A DNA stretch of 64,000 bases from Promethearchaeota archaeon (GCA_048939995.1 JBHLOY010000003.1:397345-461344), one strand, 5' to 3'. Shown: positions 1 through 9,276, counted from the stretch's first letter. Numbers and translations: made by a program. Notes: generated by a model from the sequence alone, not told the origin.

Positions 1-339
1 GCATATATAGATAATTCAAAGATTTGGGGAAATGTTATAATTGGATTAAACCATATTCTATATGAATTCGTTGATAAGACTGATAAAATTGATGTTATTC
101 AAACTAAACAAGCAGATATCGTTATGAATTATGATAATGAATATGGTTTTGCCATTATAGTAATAACCTCAAAAAAGAATGTGATTGTTGAGAGATTAAT
201 TCAAAACTTTTCCCAAGAATTCAAATCTTTCTATAAAAATGAACTGAATGAAATCCAAGATTTAAATCGGTTAATCAATGTTTCAGAATTCAAAGATACA
301 GGAAAAATAATTGAGAAACATTTTCAAATATATTTCTAA
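1..339 (+). CDS. Partial (5'-truncated) protein ending in a longin/roadblock-like domain
   Basis: Frame 1 is open from base 1 (AYIDNSKIWGNVIIGLNHIL...) through the 124..339 ORF. The helix-strands-helix pattern ending in EFKDTGKIIEKHF resembles Asgard longin-like domains. Confidence 0.55.
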   Translation, partial: AYIDNSKIWGNVIIGLNHILYEFVDKTDKIDVIQTKQADIVMNYDNEYGFAIIVITSKKNVIVERLIQNFSQEFKSFYKNELNEIQDLNRLINVSEFKDTGKIIEKHFQIYF

Positions 340-432
340 ATTTTAAAATTACTAAATCATAAATATCTAAACATTTTTTAATGTTTATTTCTATAAAACC
401 CATAAAAAAATAACATTTATAACTATACACAA

Positions 433-645
433 ATGAACCAAATAGAGATCCAGGATAAAGAATGGGCTCATGATTGGAAAATTATTGTCAGTATTTATGA
501 TACCATTGATCAATTAAAAGCATCATTTGCGAAATTAGATGTTCCTTATTTACGGGAGATTCAACAAAAAGTTCTCATTTTAAATCTTGAAAAATATGCA
601 TGGTCTCTGCAGAACTACATCATCGAAAAATATTCTCGAGAATAA
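433..645 (+). CDS. Small hypothetical protein (70 aa, helical)
   Basis: ATG-started ORF with protein-like composition; TATA-like sequence upstream. Confidence 0.6.
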   Translation: MNQIEIQDKEWAHDWKIIVSIYDTIDQLKASFAKLDVPYLREIQQKVLILNLEKYAWSLQNYIIEKYSRE

Positions 646-742
646 AATGGTAATTCTCTTTTGATGATTATAAAAAGGCTGAAGGCTTAACTGCCTCAAA
701 AATAGTCTTACCAGATGGTATTGAGATTAAAGAAAATGATAC

Positions 743-1477
743 TTAATCACTTTCTATATCGGAATTTTTAATACTATCATCAATTTCCACTTTTTGCAAA
801 AGTTCAGTAAGAACAACTTTATTATAAGATAAAAGCATTCTTGGGACATAATTTTCGGCTAAATAAGCGCCATCCTCAACCTCTTCTTTTAAAGGAAATA
901 GATCTTTTTCCTTGATAACTGAACCTAGATAATTACGGTCATATTCTTTATAACCAAATAGTTCATTTCTTACAATAACCATTTTTCGCTCATATCCTTC
1001 TGGTAAACCAGCCTTTTCAAGTAATAATAATATCTTCTCTCGAGATAGCGATTCTAACAATTCAAGATCTTCTCGAGTCCCTTCATAAGTTGGTCCAGTT
1101 TGGCTCACCTCATAATCAATTTCTTCTTCTATTCCAATCATGACTTTGAAAGCTTGAGTCTCATTTTCTTGATCTACAGCAGTTATTTTAAAAGCAATTC
1201 CGTGTTTATCTCTAATCGGGGCAGCCATTTTAGCTGCTAGAAACTTCATCCTAGTTGTGGTATTAGAACCATGCCATAACCAGACCCGATAATGTTGAGG
1301 GTCTACGAAGAGGAGAACGAAATCATCATCCAATAAATCCTTCAAATTTACGTCTGTATCGATAACTAGCTCCTCAAAATCTCCTATAGTGTCATTAAAT
1401 TGATAGACTATTATTGGTTGTTCTTGTCTTCCTACTTTAGTCAATTCTTCTTTGCCTTCAGATTGCTTGTTTGACAT
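743..1477 (-). CDS. Gelsolin-homology-domain protein with an additional C-terminal domain (Asgard actin regulator)
   Basis: Gelsolin-fold motif LDDDFVLLFVD...VWLWHGSNTT...KFLAAKMA..IRD...ITAVDQENET.AF, followed by an acidic linker and a second domain. Confidence 0.8.
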   Translation of the reverse strand: MSNKQSEGKEELTKVGRQEQPIIVYQFNDTIGDFEELVIDTDVNLKDLLDDDFVLLFVDPQHYRVWLWHGSNTTTRMKFLAAKMAAPIRDKHGIAFKITAVDQENETQAFKVMIGIEEEIDYEVSQTGPTYEGTREDLELLESLSREKILLLLEKAGLPEGYERKMVIVRNELFGYKEYDRNYLGSVIKEKDLFPLKEEVEDGAYLAENYVPRMLLSYNKVVLTELLQKVEIDDSIKNSDIESD

Positions 1478-1664
1478 TTTAAATTAAGAAAGTAGTTGAA
1501 TATATTACTTATAAGTTCTAATAATATATTATTATTTTCCGTATTAAAATAGATATGTTGAATTGTTTACCATCTAAAAAATAAAAATTAGAGTTTTAAA
1601 CAATTTTATAGATTATATAATAATGACATAAATATGTAATTTTCACGTACTTTTTTAGAAATAA

Positions 1665-1749
1665 GCGGGAATCGCCAAGTTTGGTCAAAGGCGCTGGACT
1701 CAGAATCCAGTCCCGTAGGGGTTCGGGAGTTCGAATCTCCCTTCCCGCA
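1665..1749 (+). tRNA. tRNA-Leu(CAG)
   Basis: Acceptor stem GCGGGAA/TTCCCGC, D arm, anticodon arm CTGGA-CT-CAG-AA-TCCAG, long variable arm CCC-GTA-GGG, T arm GGGAG-TTCGAAT-CTCCC. No intron and no encoded CCA. Confidence 0.97.
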
Positions 1750-1765
1750 TAAATAACCCTTCTTC

Positions 1766-1975
1766 TTATCTTAATTCTAATCTAATTTTACAATAAGGAC
1801 AATGTAATGGTAATTCTTCATTGCATGTCTCTAATTCTTCACTACTTAATATATTTTTCCAGCAAATCAATTTATCTCCTCTTTTAATCATATCCCTTCC
1901 ATGATGTTGGGGTATAATATCTTTTGTTTGACAGTTATCGCAGATTACCAATTTTGCTTCGTTTTCCAGCTCCCA
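1766..1975 (-). repeat. Diverged copy of the last ~68 codons of the P-type ATPase (Cys/His metal-binding domain); gene fragment or small standalone protein
   Basis: ELENEAKLVICDNC...HCPYCKIRLELR matches the ATPase C-terminus DLESEATLIICDNC...HCPYCNNRLELK at 51/68 residues, with all Cys/His kept. Confidence 0.85.
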
Positions 1976-2336
1976 CTGAATAAAATATATCTGAAACTCT
2001 GCGACAAACTTCGGTTTCAAAGCTTTTATCAACGCACTTCAAAATGAGATGTACAACTTGCATATATTGTTTTCGACTAATTTTTTGGTGAATAAAATCT
2101 TGTGAGGTTACATCCAAAATATCTAAATAGGTGGTAATAGGTGTTTCAGTAACCTCATTGAAACAGTCTAACTTTTTCTTAAAATCCTCAGCAGAGATAA
2201 TCGGGAAGTTTTCGCCAATAGCTTTTCGTAAAATCATGTTTTTAAACATACGTGCTACCCGATATGAAAAATGATACTGAGAATTCCATGTTTCAAAAAA
2301 CTTAAATATCATCTTATTTTCATTATTGATTGACAA
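1935..2336 (-). CDS. Hypothetical protein; its 3' end runs out of frame into the duplicated ATPase domain (possibly disrupted)
   Basis: 133-aa ORF; the last ~13 codons are an alternative-frame reading of the duplicated segment. Confidence 0.45.
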   Translation of the reverse strand: MSINNENKMIFKFFETWNSQYHFSYRVARMFKNMILRKAIGENFPIISAEDFKKKLDCFNEVTETPITTYLDILDVTSQDFIHQKISRKQYMQVVHLILKCVDKSFETEVCRRVSDIFYSVGAGKRSKIGNLR

Positions 2337-2475
2337 TCTAATGTAAAGTGATTGATTTCTATAAGTAATTCAAAAATTTTTTTTAAATATGATCATAGAT
2401 TCAGTTTTAGATGATCATTTCTGAAAATATGATAAATAAGAATTAAAAGAAAAAATATTAAGAGAGAGAGTTTGA

Positions 2476-3027
2476 ATGAAAAAACAAACAGTTTCATGGA
2501 TATTAATAGGAATGTTATTTCTTATAGGTATATCAGGAATTATGATCCCTGTTTCAGCGCAGAAACCTACTCAAATATATATTACCTTTGAGGTAGAATT
2601 TACTGTATATACACCTCAGGGGAATATTTTAGCCTATATCCCAAGCATGGTCGTCGAACAGCCGTTTTTGAAAACTGGGAGTGGATATCATACAGACAAA
2701 ATGTGGCATTTAATACCTTGGTTATACCCCGAAGACATAACTGGTTCACCAGTAATTATATCTCAAGGACAATTCCACTGCTGGTTGAGTTTTATGTCAC
2801 ACTGGCCTGAACCACCCCTTCCGTTAGTTCAAGAATTTTGGGGGGATTTGACTATCATTTATGATCAAACGATGATGGGTAATTATTTCGACCGTGGATA
2901 TGTAATTAGTGAAGAATTTCCATGGGATTTTTATATTCCGGATTTGATGATTCCTGTGCAAATTGGTAACACAGATATTTGGTACCTAGGGTATACTTTA
3001 TACACTGTTAGTCCAGTATACTCATAA
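2476..3027 (+). CDS. Secreted/surface hypothetical protein
   Basis: Signal peptide MKKQTVSWILIGMLFLIGISGIMIPVSA; aromatic- and Pro-rich mature region. Confidence 0.75.
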   Translation: MKKQTVSWILIGMLFLIGISGIMIPVSAQKPTQIYITFEVEFTVYTPQGNILAYIPSMVVEQPFLKTGSGYHTDKMWHLIPWLYPEDITGSPVIISQGQFHCWLSFMSHWPEPPLPLVQEFWGDLTIIYDQTMMGNYFDRGYVISEEFPWDFYIPDLMIPVQIGNTDIWYLGYTLYTVSPVYS

Positions 3028-3069
3028 CTATTAATTAATCATTAAAATGATTAATTGATTATTAAAAAG

Positions 3070-3108
3070 AACTCTGGAACTGAGTGTTTCAGAGTTAAAG
3101 TTTTTTTT
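3070..3108 (+). terminator. Hairpin plus T-tract terminator after the secreted-protein gene
   Basis: AACTCTGGAAC-TGAGT-GTTTCAGAGTT (11-bp stem with one G-U pair), then AAAG and TTTTTTTT. Confidence 0.6.
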
Positions 3109-3367
3109 ATATCTTTAATCGATTCTCAATTAATTAGTTGAAGAATTTGGTTATAAATACATATTTATTATCCTACACTTATTTAAGATTCGTAAGAGCT
3201 ATGTGGTATGAATTTTGTAATGACAAAATTTTCTAAATATACTTTTAAATGATTTGTATATTTATAAAAACCCTTTACCCCACTCCGGGGAGTGGCATTC
3301 TTTCAGGTGAAGAAATTAAAGTTCAAAAAGATAAAATAGAAAAATAATAGCCTTGAATATAGTAGAG

Positions 3368-5518
3368 TTATTTCAATTCTAATCTGTTATTACAGTAAGG
3401 ACAATGGAGAGGAAGTTCCTCATCACATGCTTCCATTTCATCATTACTTAATATATTTTTCCAACATACAAGTTTATCTTTTCTTTGGACCATATCACGT
3501 CCATGATGTTGTGGGATAATATCTTTTGTCTTACAATTATCACATATAATCAGAGTTGCCTCACTTTCCAAATCCTCTGTTGAGGCTTCCTTATATTTAA
3601 ATTTATATCTGAAAATAGTTAGACTGTTAAGTAAAACTAGGAGAGATACCCCCATGTCCCCTGCTCCTACAGCGAGCCAGAGTGTCATAAAGCCAATAAC
3701 AGTTAAAATCGCAAATGAAACTTTAACAATTATGGATGTCCAAATATTTTGCTTTATTTTTCTATTTGTTTTCTTAGAGATGTCAATATAAGTAAGAATT
3801 TTTTTCAAATCATCACCAATAACTATAATGTCAGCAGTTTCTAATGTAATGTCTGTAGCTGAAGCTCCTATAGCTATTCCTAGATCTGCTAACGCTAAAG
3901 CAGGAGCATCATTTATTCCGTCCCCTACCATAGCTATTCCTTTATTTTCCCTTTTTAGGGCTTTAATTTCTTCTAGTTTTTGATCTGGTAAATGTTCACC
4001 ATAAGTTTTATCAATATTTAAACAAGATCCAATTGAATTGCACACATTTTGATTATCACCGGAAATTAATACAGTTTCATAACCTCTTTTTTTCAAACCA
4101 TTAATTAGAATTGGAGCAGATATTCTTAATACATCTCTGATAGTAATAATTCCTAATAGATGTTGTTGATTTCCTAAAAGTATTGGGATAGTTCCAGAAG
4201 TTTCAATATCAGTAATATCCTTGAGAGGAAGATTATATTTTAGTTCTTCCATAAAGCTTTTACTACCAACGTAAAAAATCTCTCCATTTATCTTTCCCCT
4301 TATACCCTTTCCTTTTATTACTTCAAAATCATCAACTGAGTGGAATTCTAAATTCATCTCTTTTGCTTGGTTCACTATTGCTTTACCAATTGGGTGTTCT
4401 GAAAGAGATTCCAAGCTAGCTGCAATGCTTATTACATCTTGCTTTTTAACATTATTATAAGAAAGGATATCAAATATCTTTAATTTACCCTCAGTAAGAG
4501 TTCCTGTCTTATCAAATGCGAATATTTTGATATCTTCTAATTTTTCAATAAATTTATTCCCCTTGATTAATATACCTTCTCTTGCTTGTTTTGTTAACGA
4601 AGCTATATTCGCTAAAGGTGTGGATAGAGTTAGAGCACAAGGGCATGAAACCACAAGTAATACTAACCCTCGATAGAACCAATCATAAAAATTAAATCCT
4701 AATAAAGAGGGAATAATCATAACCAAAATGGATGATAAAAGAACAATAGGTGTATAATATTTTGCAAATTTTTCAATAAATTTTTCTTGTTTACTTTTAT
4801 TTTGTTGAGCAAGCTTCACACTTTCTGCAATTTGTGCTACTATTGTATTAGCACTTTCTCTTGTTACCTCAATATCGACGAAACTATCTGAATTTAAACT
4901 TGCAGCAAACACCTCATTGCCTTCTTTTTTAAAAACCGGTACAGATTCACCAGTAATAGCACTTTCATCAAAATATGAACCTCCTTTAATGATGATACCA
5001 TCTAAAGGGACTTTCATTCCAGGTTTTATCCCAACAATACTTCCAAGTTTTATTTCTCTTGAAGGAACATTCTTATAGCCATTCTCAGTTTTTAGAAGAG
5101 CATCATCAGGGGCAAGTTCAAGTAGTTCTTTAATTGCATTCCTTGATTTTTCAGTAGTTATTTCTTCTAATCTTTCCGCTATGGCATATAAAAGCAATGC
5201 AGTAGCCCCTTCTTGACCGTGAAATATGAAAAAGGAAGCAACACCAGCGATTAACATCAATAAATTAGCGGTGATTTTTTTCTCTCTCACATCCTCAATA
5301 GCTTCCTTCACAATACCAAAACTCGAAAGAAAAATTGAAGAAACAGCAAGAATTTGAGCAATTAACACAATTTCAAATGCAAATTCTAAAAAGATTGAAA
5401 TAGCAAGTAAAATTGCTGAAGGAATAATAAAATACCAAAAATTCCTTTCAAAAAATGATTCTCCTTCTTCCTCTTCTTCGATTTCGCAAAGGGATGATGA
5501 ACATTCTATAGTTGTAAT
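3368..5518 (-). CDS. zntA: Heavy-metal translocating P1B-type ATPase (ZntA/CadA-like) with a C-terminal Cys/His domain
   Basis: TGES, CPC, DKTGTLT, SEHP and GDGINDAP motifs. The ORF track starts at GTG 5368, but the frame stays open for 50 more codons (first TM helix and CxxxxC) to an ATT at 5518 with an AGGTGA SD. Confidence 0.92.
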   Translation of the reverse strand: MTTIECSSSLCEIEEEEEGESFFERNFWYFIIPSAILLAISIFLEFAFEIVLIAQILAVSSIFLSSFGIVKEAIEDVREKKITANLLMLIAGVASFFIFHGQEGATALLLYAIAERLEEITTEKSRNAIKELLELAPDDALLKTENGYKNVPSREIKLGSIVGIKPGMKVPLDGIIIKGGSYFDESAITGESVPVFKKEGNEVFAASLNSDSFVDIEVTRESANTIVAQIAESVKLAQQNKSKQEKFIEKFAKYYTPIVLLSSILVMIIPSLLGFNFYDWFYRGLVLLVVSCPCALTLSTPLANIASLTKQAREGILIKGNKFIEKLEDIKIFAFDKTGTLTEGKLKIFDILSYNNVKKQDVISIAASLESLSEHPIGKAIVNQAKEMNLEFHSVDDFEVIKGKGIRGKINGEIFYVGSKSFMEELKYNLPLKDITDIETSGTIPILLGNQQHLLGIITIRDVLRISAPILINGLKKRGYETVLISGDNQNVCNSIGSCLNIDKTYGEHLPDQKLEEIKALKRENKGIAMVGDGINDAPALALADLGIAIGASATDITLETADIIVIGDDLKKILTYIDISKKTNRKIKQNIWTSIIVKVSFAILTVIGFMTLWLAVGAGDMGVSLLVLLNSLTIFRYKFKYKEASTEDLESEATLIICDNCKTKDIIPQHHGRDMVQRKDKLVCWKNILSNDEMEACDEELPLHCPYCNNRLELK

Positions 5519-5693
5519 ACTTCCTCACCTAAGTAGTGATTGGATATCGTTCAATTAGAACTTAACATTTATTGAGTATAAAAGAATGCATCCAAGTATG
5601 AACTTTATTTATGATTTTTTATTTTTATTATTATTTTTAATAAATATGAGGATATAAAAGAAATTTATAATCTGAGATAATATAAAAATAATG

Positions 5694-7124
5694 CTATCCT
5701 TGATTGAGATTCATTGCTAATTTTTTTAAATAATTTCGTTTCTGGAGCAAAATTTCAATTTGGTCGTTAATTTGCGCTAAATTCATACGTTCTAACATCT
5801 TAGCTTCTGAAGCTTTAATTTTTTCCCATTTCGCAAGATTATTAGATAATTCGTATTGCTCATTTATTAAGCGTTTAGCTAATCGACTTAAACCATATTT
5901 TTCAGCAATATTATGAGCTTTAATTAACAAATTCTGAGCCTCTTCAAACTCAAAAATTATTAATTTTAACTTAGCTTGAAATAATAATGCTTCAGCTAGT
6001 AGCCAAAATGACTCTTGTTTTTTGGCAATATTTTCTATTTGAATAACATAAGGATGAATTCTCTCTAATACTTTTAAATCATCAGTTTTACTTAATTCTT
6101 CTAAAAATAACTCACATAAGTTTATTAAAGCAAGATATTCAAACTCAACAAAAGTACCCTCTTCCTCAATAATTTGCTTGAAAATCTCTTTTGCTTTTAA
6201 ACGATTGGTGTCTTGAGGTTTCTTCTTTAATAAAATTGCCTTCTTAAGACGATAATTATCATCTAGACCTCGAATATTTTCTTGATCTCTAAATACTCTA
6301 ATCCTGTTTAGGCAGTACTGAGCCTTTTCAATTAAATTTATATTTATGTATAAATCAAAAAGAGAATCAAGAATATAAGGTGTTTTATAACTGCTAATCT
6401 CATCGCATAATAGTAAACTTTGCTCTAAATAACCTAAAGCCTGAGTAAATTCACCTTTTTGAGACAGAATCAATCCAATGATGTTAAAAGCACCAATAAT
6501 TTCTTGCTTATTATTTATTTCCTCTGCAGCTGCTAAATAATATTTACTATATTCGAGAGCAAGGTCAATTTTACCCAAAAGATTATAAGTAGCGGCAAAT
6601 AGTTTTGTTGCTTGCATTATAAGCTCTTTACTTTTAATTTCTTTAGCGATTGTTGAGACTTCTTCAGCGTATTTTAAAGAACAATTTAAATCACCCAAAC
6701 TAAAATAACAGAAACCTTTATTAAGGGCCAAAAATGCGCTTTTCACTTCACATTCTATCGAAGATTCTTGAATGATCGTGTGAAGTATTTGTTCGGCTTT
6801 TTCAATGATCTTAAACGCTATATTTACATCTTCCCCTCTTAGAAACGAACTCTTGAGAAGGAGAACATCAATAATTTGAAGTTTATTTTTTAATTTTTGA
6901 CTCTCTCTATAAGCTAGTTCAATATATTTTAGAATTTCATTGGATTTTGAAGGTCCAAGTTCTAAAAGGAGACAAGCCTTTAAATAATAACAATCAAATT
7001 TTTCTTGGTCAGTTAGATCTTGGTCTTTTTCAAGCTCATCTACAATTCGAAGAGCTTCATTAAATTTAAATTCTTCAATCAACTTTTTTGTATTGAAAAA
7101 GTCTTTTCTATATAAATATAACAT
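5694..7124 (-). CDS. Tetratricopeptide-repeat protein
   Basis: Repeated TPR-like helical motifs (e.g. AFNIIGLILSQKGEFTQALGYLEQSL). Confidence 0.85.
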   Translation of the reverse strand: MLYLYRKDFFNTKKLIEEFKFNEALRIVDELEKDQDLTDQEKFDCYYLKACLLLELGPSKSNEILKYIELAYRESQKLKNKLQIIDVLLLKSSFLRGEDVNIAFKIIEKAEQILHTIIQESSIECEVKSAFLALNKGFCYFSLGDLNCSLKYAEEVSTIAKEIKSKELIMQATKLFAATYNLLGKIDLALEYSKYYLAAAEEINNKQEIIGAFNIIGLILSQKGEFTQALGYLEQSLLLCDEISSYKTPYILDSLFDLYININLIEKAQYCLNRIRVFRDQENIRGLDDNYRLKKAILLKKKPQDTNRLKAKEIFKQIIEEEGTFVEFEYLALINLCELFLEELSKTDDLKVLERIHPYVIQIENIAKKQESFWLLAEALLFQAKLKLIIFEFEEAQNLLIKAHNIAEKYGLSRLAKRLINEQYELSNNLAKWEKIKASEAKMLERMNLAQINDQIEILLQKRNYLKKLAMNLNQG

Positions 7125-7313
7125 TTATTTTGACCTTAATGATCTTTCATCCAATTCTTATTTTTTTAATTCTCTTGATTTCGTTTTTTTATTACAAATA
7201 CAATAGTTAGGGGTAAAAATATGTCAAAATATACAAAAGGCTCTTCAGTATTTAAATCTTGTTCTATATATAATTTATTTAAAACGAGAAAAAAATTGAA
7301 TTGAATAAAAATA

Positions 7314-8060
7314 TTAACCTGGAGTGTTTTTGATTAATGGTTCTAATTTAAATACTATTTGTTCATCTAATCGAGCTCGTTTAATTTTTCTTCTTAATTC
7401 AAATAGAGCAGCTAAGGGTAAAGACATATCAAAATATACAAAAGCCTCTTTAGTATTTAATTCTTCTTCCATAGCTAATCTATGTAGTTTTAAAACATAT
7501 TCAGAACGTAAATCCATGAATTTTTGAGCCCTCTTTTTGTCAAAGTATAAAAAGACTGGCTCGTCTATATATGATAAATACTCATCATAGGTATTTTTAG
7601 CTTTCTTAAGATCTCCTAATTGGTTTTGAAGTAGATCTAACAATGGATCTAAATAATCAAGTAACTGGGTAATATTATAACCTATATATCTGTAATTTTT
7701 GATCTCTCTTTTAAAAAATTGTTTAAGTTTCTGAGGATCGCCCGAAAGATCTATCTCATCAAATTCTAAATCCTGCTCTTTAAACTTTGGATTAATTTGA
7801 AAAATCTTTGGGGGGATCCTCCCTTTAATATCTGTTTCTCCAGCCCTCGATACAAGAAGTCCATCTTTTTCCATTAACTTAAGATGTCTCGCAACAGTTG
7901 ATTTACTGTGCTCTATATAGTGAGTAATTTGAGTTACATTTAACTCTTTATGAAGCTCAAGGATAGCCCATATCTCGAATCGTAATTTATGTTTAGCTAT
8001 TAATTGATCCCATTTCTCTCCAAAAGTATCATGTTTTTCATCATTCAATTGATCTTTCAT
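7314..8060 (-). CDS. ArsR-like winged-HTH transcriptional regulator
   Basis: LRFEIWAILE...LNVTQI...SKSTVARHLKLMEKDGLLVS wHTH, plus a helical C-terminal domain. Confidence 0.85.
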   Translation of the reverse strand: MKDQLNDEKHDTFGEKWDQLIAKHKLRFEIWAILELHKELNVTQITHYIEHSKSTVARHLKLMEKDGLLVSRAGETDIKGRIPPKIFQINPKFKEQDLEFDEIDLSGDPQKLKQFFKREIKNYRYIGYNITQLLDYLDPLLDLLQNQLGDLKKAKNTYDEYLSYIDEPVFLYFDKKRAQKFMDLRSEYVLKLHRLAMEEELNTKEAFVYFDMSLPLAALFELRRKIKRARLDEQIVFKLEPLIKNTPG

Positions 8061-8362
8061 ACCCCTTTTCTAATTAAGTGTTAAAGTTTTCCTTAAGTCT
8101 TAATTATTTCCTTTAGTATTACTTTCTTTTAATAATATTCTTAAAAATTCAAATTAAAGTTCAAAAAACGTTCTTAAATTTTATCTCTTTAATATATATA
8201 TTTCTTATATATATAAATATTTGATCATAACATTTAAATATAAAACGTTCTATTCATATGATATTATGGCACGTCAATATTTTTAAACTATAAAAAAATG
8301 AAAGAAGATGTCATAATTTTAGAGAAAAAAATTTGAAAACAAAATTTAGAGTTGAAAAATAA

Positions 8363-9100
8363 ATGAATAGTTCTAAAATAATACCCAAATTAATAGTACT
8401 TACGACAGTAGGAATTCTTATTTGTAGCTTCATACCTATAGTTATTGCAAGTGAAGGAAAAGGAAGGATAACCACTAGACCAATAGAAGATTGGCTGATC
8501 CCTAATAATAGTGATATTGATCTTGCTGTAGGGGGATGGTTGGATTTTGAGACTTGGTTAGTTATTTGGCCTCATCTTGTTGATCCAGCGGCATTCCTGA
8601 ACCCACCTACTCCAAGTTGTATGCCAATATTAAGTTGTTCTTATACTGGCTTCATACTTCAACGAGAACTCAACGATAATAAACTCTCGATCACTATAAA
8701 CTTACATGTTGAGGATGTTCCTTTTTATGTCTGCCTAAACCCACTTACACCGATATTTAATGGAGATATGGATTATACATATCATTTCAAATTCTTAATT
8801 GACTTAAACTTGTATCCTGAGTTTCTATTTGATGAGTTTGGAAATGTAATGTTTGCTCCATGGTATATGTATGTTTATTTTCCAGATATGATGGGGACTG
8901 AATTAGTTTCAATCCATTTAAATGGTGAGGGAGAAGGTTCCTTTTTGGAATCATGGAACTCATGGGAAGCGGGAGACATAGGGAAAATGAAAGTGAATAA
9001 CATCTTGCTTATAAAGGATGATTTTAAACAAGATCACCCTAATTATAATCTATATGGTTTGAACGAGCTATTACCAGTAGCTTTCATTTTCTTACATTAA
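8363..9100 (+). CDS. Secreted hypothetical protein
   Basis: N-terminal hydrophobic signal ending IPIVIA; divergent from the regulator gene. Confidence 0.75.
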   Translation: MNSSKIIPKLIVLTTVGILICSFIPIVIASEGKGRITTRPIEDWLIPNNSDIDLAVGGWLDFETWLVIWPHLVDPAAFLNPPTPSCMPILSCSYTGFILQRELNDNKLSITINLHVEDVPFYVCLNPLTPIFNGDMDYTYHFKFLIDLNLYPEFLFDEFGNVMFAPWYMYVYFPDMMGTELVSIHLNGEGEGSFLESWNSWEAGDIGKMKVNNILLIKDDFKQDHPNYNLYGLNELLPVAFIFLH

Positions 9101-9276
9101 AAGTCTGAAAAGAATAATAGGAGAGGGTTGGAATCTCTAAATAAAAGTATAGAATAAGGAGGATATTGTTTAGATAATTGGCTTCTCGAAAACCACACCT
9201 AAACTCATATTCCTCCAATTCTATATATCTTTTTTTTCCTTTTTATTATTTGCTAAAAAAAAAAAATTAATTAGCA

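Noticed and set aside
654-746. Short open frame FSFDDYKKAEGLTASKIVLPDGIEIKENDT between two genes
   Set aside because: No start codon and too short to assign; at most a gene remnant.
5525-5554. In-frame TTG...TGA upstream of the ATPase, read as a possible selenocysteine codon (Lokiarchaeia encode Sec)
   Set aside because: The TGA is part of the SD sequence AGGTGA and is not at a Cys-homologous position, and no SECIS-like AUGA/GA stem is visible after the gene.
9121-9140. GAGGGTTGGAATCTCT as a degenerate copy of the tRNA-Leu T-arm (possible attR)
   Set aside because: Only ~11/14 matches, no acceptor-stem sequence and no integrase; compatible with chance.
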